NCBI GenBank assembly: GCA_963775685.1
Contig: CAVZJV010000005.1
Span: forward strand, 1-64,000
DNA length: 64,000 nt
Reading direction: 5' to 3'
From: Candidatus Bathyarchaeota archaeon
Lineage (GTDB): Archaea > Thermoproteota > Bathyarchaeia > Bathyarchaeales > Bathycorpusculaceae
The position numbers and the translations under genes were made by a program. Position 1 is the first letter of the stretch, and every line of letters starts with the position of its first letter. The notes below the pieces were generated by a model. That model worked only from the letters and a program-made list of their open reading frames with translations. It did not search any database and had not been told where the DNA came from. Shown here in pieces: positions 19,661-31,151 of this stretch.

Positions 19661-20740
19661 TTAAGAAAGCTTCTCTGTCTCTAAAAGAACCCTCCTTTTC
19701 GACTTTCTTGTATTCAGGTTTGTTTTTGGTTTTATCAAGAAATTACAAAATAACAGAAGCTTGAGCGTTTCATTTAGAAAAGTGCAGAAATAGTTTTCTT
19801 TTATGCCAATTTTACCAGTCTTAATGTAGACATCATAAGCGCACGCTCCGCCGCACATCCCAAGAGCGGGACAAAGCATACATTCTTTATTTTTTAATGT
19901 GCCAAGCTCTAACCATTCTTAAAAAATGGGTCTTCTTGAACATTCAAGTAATTGCTTATGGGAATTTGATGTTTTCCTGAAGGATAAAAAGCTTAACAGG
20001 TCCCAAGGGTTCCAGCAGGCGAAAAGAAAACTTGCTGCCCAAACGCAGGATAATCATATACATGAAAAACTTCATTGAAAAAATAACTTGCTCTCTGAAT
20101 ATCTATGCGATCTTCAAACAGCCGCAATTACTTTGCTGTTAAATGTGCTCTAAAAGATGATGGCGCGTTGTTTTGGGTCAGGCACTTCGTAGTCACTGCT
20201 TCCTTGAGTCTGGTTAACCAATTAAAACTTAAGCTTCTTATTCCCAACTTGTACACGAATTCAACTATTTTCTAGGCATATTCATAGTTCTGCTTTGTAA
20301 TTGTGATGAAAGTCCAACATTTACTCCAAATTCTTTTAGAAGAGCCACGCTTTAAGGGCAGAATAAAATGTTTCCTTTCCGTCAGCAAAAACACGGTTTT
20401 TGCTCAATTTAGCACAGAAAAAGAACCACTCTGAATGCACTAAACTGATAAAATAAAGTTTTCCTAAACTCTAATAGAGTTTTCCCTTAACACCAAGCGG
20501 AACACGTTTTCGGGGTTAAATATTAAATTTTGAAGACAACTCCATGCTTCATCCAATTGCTCCTAAGTAGAATAACAATGAAAGCAGTTACTCGTTATAA
20601 ATTCGCTTCTATGGTAGAATACCTCCTTATCGGCCAAAAACTCTAATCCAGAAAGTTTTCTCATCTGTAGTCAATGACATTTGCTGGTTGGTTTAGAAAT
20701 TGTTCTCCTCATCCAAGCAGCGTTTCGGTAGCTGAATAAG
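19661..20740 (-). pseudogene. Decayed radical SAM/SPASM maturase-type gene
   Basis: Fragments in changing frames with several stops: QMSLTT, NRVFADGKETF, GVNVGLS, TITKQN, LSFNWL, FEDRI, QVFFSPAGTLGTC, ECMLCPALGMCGGAC..FC. The CxxxCxxC motif is eroded and the 5' end is approximate. Confidence 0.75.
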
Positions 20741-20960
20741 CTTTTTATTAATTTCGCTATTTTGCCAACTACTCCTTGCACTCTTTATCGTCCCTATGCA
20801 GAAGTCACACCAAAGAAACCGTTGCCGTAACGGCTCAGCAATAAGTGACGAAGCGAATTTTGTTGTTTGATACTGGTAGATAACTATTGTTGATGTAAGG
20901 TTGGCTGGTTAGAATAAAAATCAATGAGCCAAAACATCGAAGCAAAAAAGAACGATAAAA

Positions 20961-21503
20961 TTATTCCTTTTTCATTTTTCGGAATTGGGGTTCCATAAAA
21001 GCGTAAAGGGCTTGATCAACAAGTTTGTCAATGAAACTTGGTTTATAGATAATCAAAGCTTTAACTGCTCGATCATCTTTAATCCGATATTCAGTTTCGG
21101 AACCAATTTGGTCTCTAGTAATTATTTCATTATCCATAAGACGTTTGAGATAATAGGAAAGCGTGGAAGAAGGCAAACCTAGAATGTCTTTCAACTCTTG
21201 AAATTTTACCCCGTCTTTTCCCAAAATTATGAGAACGATTTCTCGTGGTCTCCTCTGTCTTAAAACCGAAATTAATTCCTTATCTTCATCATCGAATATT
21301 TTTGTATAGAATCTGTTGAAGCGACCATCCTTTTCTTTATAGATAACTTTCCTCCGAGCCATATACTCCAAATGATAATCAAGGGTTGTTAGAGGCACCT
21401 CTAAACGTCTCTGAAGCTCTCTTAAATGTAAACCAGGATTTGCTTCTAAAAAACGAAAAATTTTTCTACGAATTTCATTCTTGAGGAGCTCTTTCTTTAA
21501 CAT
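20961..21503 (-). CDS. Double winged-helix transcriptional regulator (ArsR/MarR-like)
   Basis: NPGLHLRELQRRL..TLDYHL plus a second HTH ELKDILGLPSSTLSYYL. Confidence 0.85.
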   Translation of the reverse strand: MLKKELLKNEIRRKIFRFLEANPGLHLRELQRRLEVPLTTLDYHLEYMARRKVIYKEKDGRFNRFYTKIFDDEDKELISVLRQRRPREIVLIILGKDGVKFQELKDILGLPSSTLSYYLKRLMDNEIITRDQIGSETEYRIKDDRAVKALIIYKPSFIDKLVDQALYAFMEPQFRKMKKE

Positions 21504-21509
21504 TACAAC

Positions 21510-21809
21510 TTAATCCTTCAGTAGCCCAATCGCTATCAAAAGCAAGCCTAAAAGATCAATTAAGAGAAAGACGTTCTCAGAAAACATGAGGCTATAATCG
21601 TTACTTATAAGCTCGGGAATATGAAGAAGAGCGTTGACAAAGAAAGTTCCGAATCCTAAGGAAATAAACAGCATTTTTCGATTTTTCATCCTTAAATATG
21701 CGAGAAAGACAACGCCAAACAGGAAAGCCGTGGCAGCGATCAATCCGATGCGAATCAGAGTGTCAATCATTATTTCTAATACCATAAGCATCAGTAGGAT
21801 TTCACTCAT
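21510..21809 (-). CDS. Three-helix membrane protein, probably co-transcribed with the regulator
   Basis: AYLRMKNRKMLFISLGF pattern; ends 6 bp before the HTH gene starts. Confidence 0.7.
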   Translation of the reverse strand: MSEILLMLMVLEIMIDTLIRIGLIAATAFLFGVVFLAYLRMKNRKMLFISLGFGTFFVNALLHIPELISNDYSLMFSENVFLLIDLLGLLLIAIGLLKD

Positions 21810-21917
21810 TCTTCTTAAATAAACTATTCATCTGATCCAAAGTTTGTGTTATATAATTTATTAAGACCCCAAAGAATCCACGGTTAGGAGTCATTGAAGT
21901 TTTTTGGAGGTGAAATA

Positions 21918-23006
21918 ATGCAAAGAAAAATTCTAGCTATTTTGAGTATAGTGGTTGTTGGTTTAGCAGGGATTGCGTTTACAACGGTTGCTTATGCCGG
22001 TTGGGGAAATGCAGGAACTATTTACACGATTGATAACTCCGCTTCAGGAAACAACGTTTTGTACTATAGTAGAACGGCGGGAGGATCAATTACTTTCCAA
22101 GGGTCTGTCGCAGCTAATGGCTTGGGAACAGGAAACGGACTTGGAAGCCAAGGTGCTGTAGTTATTACAGATAATGGTCGGTTCTTGCTTGTAGTTAATG
22201 CTGGAAGCAACGAAATCTCAGTGTTTGCAGTACAAAACAACGGACCAAACTATCTGAGCAAAACAAGCTCCCACGGAGACATGCCAATAAGCTTAACATC
22301 ATACAACAACTTGGTCTACGTGCTGAACGCAGGAACAGCTCCAAACATCGCTGGGTTCACTTTAAGCAAATCAGGGATATTGACATTCATAAGTGGATCA
22401 GATCAGCCTCTTAGCGGCCTAACTGATCCATCTCCAGAGCAGATAGGATTCAGCCCTGATGGAAAAGTCATAGTTGTCACCGAAAAAAACACAAACACCA
22501 TAGATACTTACACAATTAATAAAAATGGAGTTGCAAGTGCTCCGACAAATCATCCATCCAACGGTGATGCACCCTACGGGTTTGCCTTCACAGACAAAGA
22601 CAAATTGGTCCTAAGCGAAGCAGCATCAAACACGATGTCTTCTTATGTCGTTTCTAATCAAGGAGATTTAAGAACCACTAGCGGCGCCATGCCGACTTTT
22701 GGAGCAGCCCCATGCTGGGTGGCCATTGATAACCAAGGAGACTTCGCATACGAAACTAATGCTCATGTCGGCACAATATCTATTTTCTCAATCTCACGAA
22801 GCGGCGGGATAACATTACATAGCGCCATAGCAGCAAAAGTGGATATTCCCGCACTTGACTTGGCATTCAGCCTGAACAGTCAATTCCTCTATGTACTTAA
22901 TGGCAACAGCATAACAGGCTTCAAAGTATACAATGACGGAAGTCTATCACAGGTAACTTCAATCAATACTCTCCCAAGTTCGACCTCAGGGCTAGCAGCA
23001 ACATAG
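21918..23006 (+). CDS. Secreted lactonase-family beta-propeller protein
   Basis: GGAGGTGA RBS, signal peptide, and propeller repeats (VVNAGSNEISVF, FSPDGK). Confidence 0.85.
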   Translation: MQRKILAILSIVVVGLAGIAFTTVAYAGWGNAGTIYTIDNSASGNNVLYYSRTAGGSITFQGSVAANGLGTGNGLGSQGAVVITDNGRFLLVVNAGSNEISVFAVQNNGPNYLSKTSSHGDMPISLTSYNNLVYVLNAGTAPNIAGFTLSKSGILTFISGSDQPLSGLTDPSPEQIGFSPDGKVIVVTEKNTNTIDTYTINKNGVASAPTNHPSNGDAPYGFAFTDKDKLVLSEAASNTMSSYVVSNQGDLRTTSGAMPTFGAAPCWVAIDNQGDFAYETNAHVGTISIFSISRSGGITLHSAIAAKVDIPALDLAFSLNSQFLYVLNGNSITGFKVYNDGSLSQVTSINTLPSSTSGLAAT

Positions 23007-23894
23007 CGCAAAAAAAGAAGTCTCTCCCAATGTCCAATCTTTTTTTTTAAAAATTTAAACTCGATTCAACCATTTTTAGTGTTTTCATTTGTCAACGTGA
23101 AAACATTAGGGAATTACGTTTGGTTGACCTAAGAATTAATCCACACACATTTTTGACTGCAAAACCTTGCACTGGTTTTACTTTGTTGTGTTCAGGTTAG
23201 AGGGGCCTCATTAGTTAAAGGCAGGTCTTGAGCACAGTTAAATGATGTTACTGCCGATAGTGAATGCTTCATTCATGAGAATTACATTTCATTTGATTCA
23301 GGGATTAGAGTTTGCTAATGTTCAGTTCTTTCAGAGTATAACATTTCCAAATCTTATCAGCCATTGCTTCAGAATACCCAGAATTGGCAAGGCTCTTCTT
23401 AAATGAGCGCTCAGAAGGTCCACAGTGTTTTTTATCAGTCTGCTGTTGCGACATACAAACTTTCTTCGTTAAGTTGATAATAAAGATTATGAACGCTCCC
23501 CTGAATAGTAGAGTTGTTCGACAAAAATACTCATACGTAACTATCTGTGTGGAAGAAAAGCTCTCCATTTCAATATTTAGAAGTAGACAAGACAGTTAGT
23601 TTTGCATAACACTGCTGAAACGAAATTTAGGTTCACAACTATGAGCACATTTAATGAACTATTTCGTAAATATGCTATGCATTGTGTACTCCTTCGCTTG
23701 TTCTATTTCTATTTGAATGAAACATCTTCTCTCCTTGCCTTATTCTTAATCTTGTTTGGTGTTAAGTGGGAGGAGGGAAAGCGTGGGACAAATGTACAAT
23801 GGATATTTGAAGAATACTAGACACCAGAGCAAATCAAGTGTTCCGAATCTTTTCTCTAATTCGAGATATTAAAAAAAGAAGGTAGTTTTGGGGT

Positions 23895-24506
23895 TTATTC
23901 ATGTACAAATAGTGAGTCGTCAAGTGCTGGATTTACTGCTATGTCATATATTCTGACTGTGCTGCCGTTGCTTGTGTAGGAGTAGTCTCCCAGTCCAGTC
24001 CACGCTGCCAAGTTTGTGCTATATCCTTGCCAAAGACTATTCCACGTTTGGAACTGCAGATCATAATAAGCGGAAATGTCTACCCATTCATCTCCCGAAT
24101 ATGTCCATGCTTTGTGTTGAGCTCCATTGAAGATGAAGATTGTAGCTCCATCGTTATCAGTGTAGTCTATTCGCATCATGAAATTGTCTGTTCCGGAATT
24201 CTTGCCCTGGAAGGTGTAGGTTCCCTGCAATACGCCGTTCTCAGTGAGGCTTACAGTGTATTTCAGGCTGTTTGCTCCAGCGATACCTGTTGATGAAGAT
24301 GTAGGTGTACTTGTCGGTGTTGGAGAAGACGAGGTTGAAGATGGTGAAGTAGTTTCTGACGGAGTCGCTGTTGGCGTTGTTGAATCCGATGGATTATTTG
24401 CGTTTTGACTAAAAACGAATCCTGCTATGCCTGCTACTACAATTACGATGACAATTGCTGCAACTATTAAGAGCAGTTTCTTGTTATTTTTTTGTTTTGT
24501 TGTCAC
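23895..24506 (-). CDS. Membrane-anchored extracellular protein with S/T/P linker
   Basis: KKLLLIVAAIVIVIVVAG anchor, low-complexity stalk, globular domain ending LDDSLF. Confidence 0.8.
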   Translation of the reverse strand: MTTKQKNNKKLLLIVAAIVIVIVVAGIAGFVFSQNANNPSDSTTPTATPSETTSPSSTSSSPTPTSTPTSSSTGIAGANSLKYTVSLTENGVLQGTYTFQGKNSGTDNFMMRIDYTDNDGATIFIFNGAQHKAWTYSGDEWVDISAYYDLQFQTWNSLWQGYSTNLAAWTGLGDYSYTSNGSTVRIYDIAVNPALDDSLFVHE

Positions 24507-25226
24507 TCTGCTTTCTCCTAATCCATTATATTCCAGTAATTACATTAAAAACCTTGCGTGTAAACGCTATCTCGCTTAACACTCCTACAAGAACAACACA
24601 ATATACGAAGTGCTGCAAGCCGGAAACTATATTCCCACAGCTAGTTCAATGACACCATTAGTAGATACAAAGCTTCGGCTAATTGAATGAAAATAGGGTT
24701 GCTAAGGCTCCAAATCACTAAGGAGAGGATAAAATGCAAAAACCCATAATAGTAATTCTCAGAGCCTTGCAGCCTCAACCACCTGTCACTCAAATGGTTA
24801 TTAAACAATTTTTCAAAATTAACCCCAAAACTTGCCCTAATTCCCCCCCAAACGACGCTAAAAGGTTGCTTCAAAGGGCAATAATTTGTTAACTGAAAAA
24901 TAATTCTCAAGTTCTCTAATAGCTTTTTTCATCATCGTTTGTATCTTATTGAATCCGCTTACCAGCAAAGGCAGGGATAATTCTTTCCGACTACACGCCT
25001 ACTTCCATGCTCGTTTCCATAGGGAAAAACACACTCGGCCTCAGGATTTAGAGCAGTTTCTCTATCGCCAATTATTAGTGTATATTGACAATGCACGCAA
25101 ACTATGTAATCGTCGAATTCATGAATGTGGTTTAATGAGACTCTATCTGCATAGCAGGTTCAAAACGCCCGACTGAAGTTAAAATGAAAGAATTTTTTGG
25201 ACGGGATTAGATTCTCATTCACAAAA

Positions 25227-25454
25227 CTACGCGTGGATTGCGGTTTCCGTTACAGTTATACCACTGATTTGCTCTACAGCCACCCGGATGAGTCTTACTT
25301 CTTCGAGGTCTTTTCCTTCCGCAAACAGAATAACATTATAATTGCCCATCACAGAATGCGCAATTTTTACTCCTTCGATCTTGAGTGCGGCATGGACGAT
25401 GTTTCTAGATTCCCCGATCCTGGTCCTCAGCATCATATAGAAAGGGACTACCAT
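25227..25454 (-). CDS. Stand-alone Lrp/AsnC ligand-binding (RAM) domain protein
   Basis: IEGVKIAHSVMGNYNVI..ISGITVTETAI. Confidence 0.85.
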   Translation of the reverse strand: MVVPFYMMLRTRIGESRNIVHAALKIEGVKIAHSVMGNYNVILFAEGKDLEEVRLIRVAVEQISGITVTETAIHA

Positions 25455-25769
25455 TTGATTTCATCTACCTAAATTAAGTTAAGAGGACCCACTAATGTAA
25501 AGTTTGCCATAACCTAAATCTCGCCTTTGCAGCCAAATTTTAATTAAAAAATTTTAACGAAGACTTATTATGTTTAAGAAATGTGGATTAAAAAAACAGC
25601 ACTCACAATTTGTGACAAGACAGAGATCTACGTTAGGTTCGATTGATTACCAACTTTAGAGTCCAAAGAAATCACCAAGACCATAAAGACGAATCTATAA
25701 TCAAACCATAAGACTAAAAGAACCTGTTACGGCAAGACCTATTGAGCAAACTCTTCTGTCATTACTGAT

Positions 25770-26471
25770 ATGGAGGAAAGCAGAGTAAATCTAAACAAAG
25801 TAGTTTCGAAGTTCCTAAAGGCTATTCCTTTTCCTTCTGAATCTCTTGATAATCTTGCAGAGGCCATGCAGGTAACCAAAATTTTGAAAAAAGGAAAAAT
25901 GGAGCGTTATTATAATGTTCGTTTTTTGCAGGTTGGTGGTATGGCTTTCTTAGACAGTATATTCTTTGATAGTAAATATCTGGAGGTTCTTCTTGCCGAT
26001 GAATTGCTCTCCGTAGGAGCACATGAGTTCACTCACCTAAAGAGGAGACATGGAACAAAGAAGTTCTTTCGATTAACAGTTCCCGCGGCAACAGTCGGAA
26101 CCCTAATGGGGGTGCTGGTGTTTTATAACTTTGCATTCTTGGAACCAATTTCCCAGATCTTGTCCGGTTTGCTCGTCGCGGTTTTCTCCGGTTTTTTTGC
26201 TCTGGTTGCAGCTCTTCACATCAACGCTAAATGGCTTCGCCAACAAGAAACAGAATGCGACTTAAGCTCGGTTAAGTACCTAAATGGCGAACCGATGATA
26301 TCAGCTCTGATTAAATTGAACAATCTTCGACCGAGAAGAATGATGCTTCTGGAACGGTTACTACCCAAGATCTACCCGACACTTGAACAAAGAATAAACG
26401 ATATCAGAGTTGCAGCTGGGAAAAAAAGAAACAAAGGTCACCAGATCAATAAAAGTCCTTATTGGATTTGA
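25770..26471 (+). CDS. M48/HtpX-like zinc metalloprotease
   Basis: AHEFTH (HExxH), two TM helices, QETECD, and YPTLEQRI. Confidence 0.82.
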   Translation: MEESRVNLNKVVSKFLKAIPFPSESLDNLAEAMQVTKILKKGKMERYYNVRFLQVGGMAFLDSIFFDSKYLEVLLADELLSVGAHEFTHLKRRHGTKKFFRLTVPAATVGTLMGVLVFYNFAFLEPISQILSGLLVAVFSGFFALVAALHINAKWLRQQETECDLSSVKYLNGEPMISALIKLNNLRPRRMMLLERLLPKIYPTLEQRINDIRVAAGKKRNKGHQINKSPYWI

Positions 26472-26575
26472 ACCTAAGGCGAAATAGTAGTCAATATGAA
26501 TTTACGAGCACTATCTATGTCTACGTATCTTGATTAATGTTTAATAAACGATGAAACTTCAATTGTATTTTTATT

Positions 26576-26803
26576 TTAAGAAATTTGGAGAACTTCATAG
26601 CGTTCCATGTTAGCAACTAGAAGCTCTATGTCTGTTTTCATCTGACATTTTTGTAAGGCTCTCAATCTATTTTCAAAAGCTGTAATGAGGTCATCTAATA
26701 CAATATTACGCATTTCACTTGGAAGTATTTGCATTTCATCGTTAAAGACTTGGGCCATCTTTATTCGTAATTCTTTTCTGCGTTGAATTTTAAGATTTTT
26801 CAT
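26576..26803 (-). CDS. Small hypothetical protein
   Basis: Helical 75-aa ORF divergent from the PadR gene. Confidence 0.65.
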   Translation of the reverse strand: MKNLKIQRRKELRIKMAQVFNDEMQILPSEMRNIVLDDLITAFENRLRALQKCQMKTDIELLVANMERYEVLQIS

Positions 26804-27151
26804 ATTTTCTCTCAGAGTGACTATAATTTTGGAATATAATTAATTTGTGAACCCAAAATTCAGGTTAAAGTAACTGCTATCGCCACATTAGAATTTATCT
26901 TGAATAAATATTTTCAACTTTAATTTTTAATTTAAAACGTTTTTGATTTCGGCTTTCTTTAAGTTGTGCTTGGTTTTTTTGTAGTTTTGTTGTACAGCTT
27001 CTTTGAAGCCTTAAAATAAGATTTTATAGGCTGTATTTTACGTATTGAAGTGTTCTTGTGTCGGACGGTTAAACCGTGTTGGGCTGTTTTATATGCCTGC
27101 GGTATGTGGGAGGGTTTATCTTGCTGTTTATTCACTAATAAGACATAAGAA

Positions 27152-27577
27152 ATGTATCTTGAAAAGACACATTGTTTACCTGTAAAACAAACATACAGGA
27201 GAAAAACAGAAATGATGAAGAACTATCAAAAAGAAACTCAAACAAAACTCACCAAAGGCTTACTAGACATGATAATCCTTCAGTTCCTACACCAAGAACC
27301 AATGCATGGATACCAGCTAATCATCAAAATCCGCAAAAGCTTCGGCATCTACTTTGGACCAAGCACAATCTATCCGCTACTTGGAACTCTAGAAAAGAAA
27401 GGCTACGTAACAAGCATTTGGAATATGGATTCGGAGAGACCAAGAAAAGTGTACCAGTTAAGCAAAGATGGTAAAGATGCTTTAAGTTTTACCGAGACCT
27501 CACTCAATGCTATATGCCGAACAATTACAACAAACAATAAAAATCAAATACAAATGGCCCCAATAATCCATGCGTAA
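27152..27577 (+). CDS. PadR family transcriptional regulator (true start probably ~27212)
   Basis: LLDMIIL..PMHGYQL..GPSTIYPLL..LEKKG..RPRKVY. Confidence 0.9.
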   Translation: MYLEKTHCLPVKQTYRRKTEMMKNYQKETQTKLTKGLLDMIILQFLHQEPMHGYQLIIKIRKSFGIYFGPSTIYPLLGTLEKKGYVTSIWNMDSERPRKVYQLSKDGKDALSFTETSLNAICRTITTNNKNQIQMAPIIHA

Positions 27578-27608
27578 ACAAGATGCATTGCTAGGCTTTT
27601 CAACAGAT

Positions 27609-27824
27609 TTATTCTAAATCACGTTTTGCAATAATTAAGCCTAAAATTATGAAAGCAAAAGCAACTATATAGAGAAGCCCCATCACGATGGCCCTCACAG
27701 CGATGTTGAACCACGATGTATCTGGAATAAAGGTCGGGAACCCCATTGAAACTATTGTTAAGACTATAGCGGGCACTAAAGGAACCAACCCAATAATAAT
27801 TAAAGCCATTGATACTTTACCCAT
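27609..27824 (-). CDS. Small two-helix membrane protein
   Basis: Two hydrophobic helices. Confidence 0.6.
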   Translation of the reverse strand: MGKVSMALIIIGLVPLVPAIVLTIVSMGFPTFIPDTSWFNIAVRAIVMGLLYIVAFAFIILGLIIAKRDLE

Positions 27825-28562
27825 AGAAACTTGGGATATTTGAAGATCATTTAAACATTTGTATTTACCTAAGAAAATACGACTTGCGTTTAAAGCGTTG
27901 AGCGGACTGTGAGGTTTGAGAGTTTATAAGGTAAAGGAAAAAACTTTCACCTTCTTTTGCCCCAAATGATAAAAAAACGAAAATTACCTAATACAAAATT
28001 AGTAGCTTAGAATCTAACAATACGTGGAATAACGATGTGTTCAAAGACACTTGGGTTCACCGTTAAAGAAAAAGAAGTGGAAGGTTGGCTGGTTTGAAAG
28101 TTTTTCTTGGAAGGTATGGAAGATTTTGGGATTCCGATAATTACGCGATTAATTTAGCAGGAACTTTGAAAAATAAGTGCTAGTTGTTGTTGGACAAAGC
28201 CAAACAAACCGTAGCAGTTTCATTCGAAAAGAAGTAACCTTCGGTATATGCTGGGCTTTGAGATCGTAGGGAACCCTTCAGAACCCAAAATGCAGATGCA
28301 TGTTGCCAGGAATTAATATTCCAGATAGAAAAGAGGGCCCAAAGAATCGGCAACATAGCGTACTCAATGAAGACCTGACTAAGAAGATACACTCGCTGCC
28401 ACAATTTAAACAGCAATGACTCTTCTTAACCTAAAACCCTCAACCAACGATATAGATTTAACAATTTCAAGCTGCGATAGAGTAGAATTCGAACAAGGTC
28501 TAACTTTTCTCAAAGGACTAAAATAAAAAAGAAAGAGGAAAGTTATTTTGTTTAGTCTGTTC

Positions 28563-31151
28563 TTATGGTCGTTTCTTTAGGACAATTATTGTGACTGCAA
28601 AACAGACGACGATGGCTATTATTATGCCTGCGATAGCTGGGACGAAGTATTGGTCAACCATTGATTGAGCTGGTGCTGCTGTCGGTGTTGGGGTTGGCGC
28701 TGTTGGGTCTACTGCGAACGATGTAACTGCGTGAGAGGGCCAATATGATTCGCTACCTTCGAATGAAGCGTAGACTGTGTATTTTCCTGTGATGTCCGGG
28801 TTCCAGTTGAGTGCGAAGAATCCGTCTGAGTCGCTTGTGACTGTACCTATGTTTCGATAGTTGCCGTTAGAATCGACGACACTTATTACAACTGGAACAC
28901 CTGTTGTATTTGATGGTCTTGGCTGGTTCATGTAGACGTATGGCATCCATTGATTCATGCTTGCGTCAGAAACTGCTGGAACGCCGTCGGGGAAACGTGC
29001 TGCCTGCTCATCTTGTGTTGTGCCTGCAGATATGTCGATGATTTTGCCTTCCACTATTACGCTGTTTCCGAACGCTGAAACCTTTGGTGATGCTGAAACT
29101 GTAGTTTCGCTTGGACCTTTGCCTACGCTGTATATTTGGTTATCATAGTAGTTGTAGTACGCCAAGAAGCCGTCTGCCAGGATGCTAGTAGAGCTACCTG
29201 GACCTCCGCTTTGTCCCGCCCAGCTCAACATCTTGTAGATTTCTTCGCCTGTTGTTGCGTTTAAGCAGTAAATTGATTCGCCCTTGTATAGTGGTGAGTT
29301 TGGAGAGTGCTCGTTATTGAAAGCATAGACTTTGCCGTCAGCGAGTGCAGCTAAGAAAATAGGCGTCAGCCCCCATGTGTTATCGATTCCGGCGTATGTG
29401 TTATTGTATTTCCATAGCAATGATCCGTCTTTCGTGTTATAGCAGAAGAGTTCTCCGCCAAAGCCCTGCACATAGATGTTGCCGTAGGCAGTGACTGCTC
29501 TTTGACCTGCTCCGTAGCCGCTGGCAAAGAATTGAATCGAACGCGTTTGGGTGTTTGTTGGACCCCACAGCAGGCTTCCATCTTCTAAGCTGTATCCTAG
29601 CCATTGCGTTGATTCAGCATCAGTCATAGTCCAGACACGATTTATTGGGTCTAATGGTCCAAGTGATCGAGATGCATTGCCTGATGGTGCTTGGTAGGAT
29701 TTCTTCCATAAGATTTGTCCTTGATGTCCATCTTTTAAGCTCATAGTCCAAACAGTATAGGGATCTGGGGTTCCTCGTGTGCTGAAAACGCCTGCAGTTA
29801 TTGCGCTGCTTCTTCCAAGTATTATGTCGCCTGGTAAAACGTAGGTGATAGAAGGAGCTTGGTTTCCAATGAGATCGCCGGATATAGAGACGTTCCATGA
29901 ATATGCTGTACTGCAGTTGATGTTCTTTCCTATTGGTCTGAATTGCAATGCGTTAGTTCCAGATCCTGGTAATCCTAAAGCTGCGGTTGGTGCACTGGTC
30001 CAGTTCCAAAGGGCTAACCAGCCAGTTTGTGTGTTTGTGTTGTAGTTGAGTATGTATTTTACAATTTCGCCGTTTTCGGTATATGCGATGGTTCCTGTTG
30101 ATGGGACATCGGTTAAGTTAAACAGCCAGTTGCCCGTCAATGGGTCGTATGCTATCCAAGTCTGCAATCCAGGGCCTTGGGTTACTGTTTGCCATAAATA
30201 GCCGTTAGGTACTACACCATGTTGGTTTGGTGATTCGTAGGAGTAGAGTTCGCCAAATGTCGGGTTGATTGCCGCGTTTCTCCATAATACTTTGCCAGTG
30301 CGCAAGTCCATAGCAATGTAGTCTCCGCCGTTTTGACTGTTGCTTAGTGGTGTTTTGAAGCATAGTTTTCCATCTATTATAATGGCGCTGCCAAATCGAC
30401 CTTCGTAAGAACCGCCTGAATAGAAGCTAGAGTCTTGGATACCTGTTTGGCTTCCGCCAACTACTCCTCCGGATTCAATTGGATAGGTCCACATAATATG
30501 TGAGCTACCTGGTCCAATACCGTCTTGCTGCCAGAGGTTATAGCTCGCCATTTGGAAAACGCCGAATTGAGATCCGCCTAGCCAATGTGACCCTAGTGTA
30601 GCCCAATCATGGTTTTGCGCATACACGGGGCGAGTCCAATATTCAGTCGGTAGAGGAATTGCGGGTGAAGCGGCAATTGGGTCCTGTTGTACAGTCAGTG
30701 TTGTGGTTGCAGATGATGCTAGGAATTTAGTGCCGTTCCAGGTGGGATTAATGTCGTACCAGTTGTATATTTGACCTGGATAATCAAATTGGAGGGTGTA
30801 GGTTCCAAGCTGGGTAGGTGTGAAAGAAGCCGACTCTACGCCGGTGGTATCTCTAATCACAGCCCAAGTCTGAGTTTGAACTGTACCGTCGGGTGCAGTA
30901 ATAGTCAGTTTGTAGTCGTGCCGCCTAACGTCATTGGCTTCTGACGCCGAGGGCATAGGGACATCAACCCAGATTGAGAAATAGGTAGCTTGACCTACCC
31001 CAACTGGGTCTGGCGCAACGTTAATGTAGGCATATGTTGCAAATTCTCCAGAGGCCTGTGCATTTGTTATTGGCAACGGAAGGAAGGAAACTGCCATCAA
31101 GGTTGTTAGAATTATAGCCATCATTAGGGTTATATTTTTATTTTTTTGCAT
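28563..31151 (-). CDS. Large surface protein with PQQ-like beta-propeller repeats and C-terminal anchor
   Basis: Signal peptide, D-x-x-T-G-x-x-x-W type repeats, C-terminal TM + KKRP. Paralog of 31809-34463. Confidence 0.88.
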   Translation of the reverse strand: MQKNKNITLMMAIILTTLMAVSFLPLPITNAQASGEFATYAYINVAPDPVGVGQATYFSIWVDVPMPSASEANDVRRHDYKLTITAPDGTVQTQTWAVIRDTTGVESASFTPTQLGTYTLQFDYPGQIYNWYDINPTWNGTKFLASSATTTLTVQQDPIAASPAIPLPTEYWTRPVYAQNHDWATLGSHWLGGSQFGVFQMASYNLWQQDGIGPGSSHIMWTYPIESGGVVGGSQTGIQDSSFYSGGSYEGRFGSAIIIDGKLCFKTPLSNSQNGGDYIAMDLRTGKVLWRNAAINPTFGELYSYESPNQHGVVPNGYLWQTVTQGPGLQTWIAYDPLTGNWLFNLTDVPSTGTIAYTENGEIVKYILNYNTNTQTGWLALWNWTSAPTAALGLPGSGTNALQFRPIGKNINCSTAYSWNVSISGDLIGNQAPSITYVLPGDIILGRSSAITAGVFSTRGTPDPYTVWTMSLKDGHQGQILWKKSYQAPSGNASRSLGPLDPINRVWTMTDAESTQWLGYSLEDGSLLWGPTNTQTRSIQFFASGYGAGQRAVTAYGNIYVQGFGGELFCYNTKDGSLLWKYNNTYAGIDNTWGLTPIFLAALADGKVYAFNNEHSPNSPLYKGESIYCLNATTGEEIYKMLSWAGQSGGPGSSTSILADGFLAYYNYYDNQIYSVGKGPSETTVSASPKVSAFGNSVIVEGKIIDISAGTTQDEQAARFPDGVPAVSDASMNQWMPYVYMNQPRPSNTTGVPVVISVVDSNGNYRNIGTVTSDSDGFFALNWNPDITGKYTVYASFEGSESYWPSHAVTSFAVDPTAPTPTPTAAPAQSMVDQYFVPAIAGIIIAIVVCFAVTIIVLKKRP

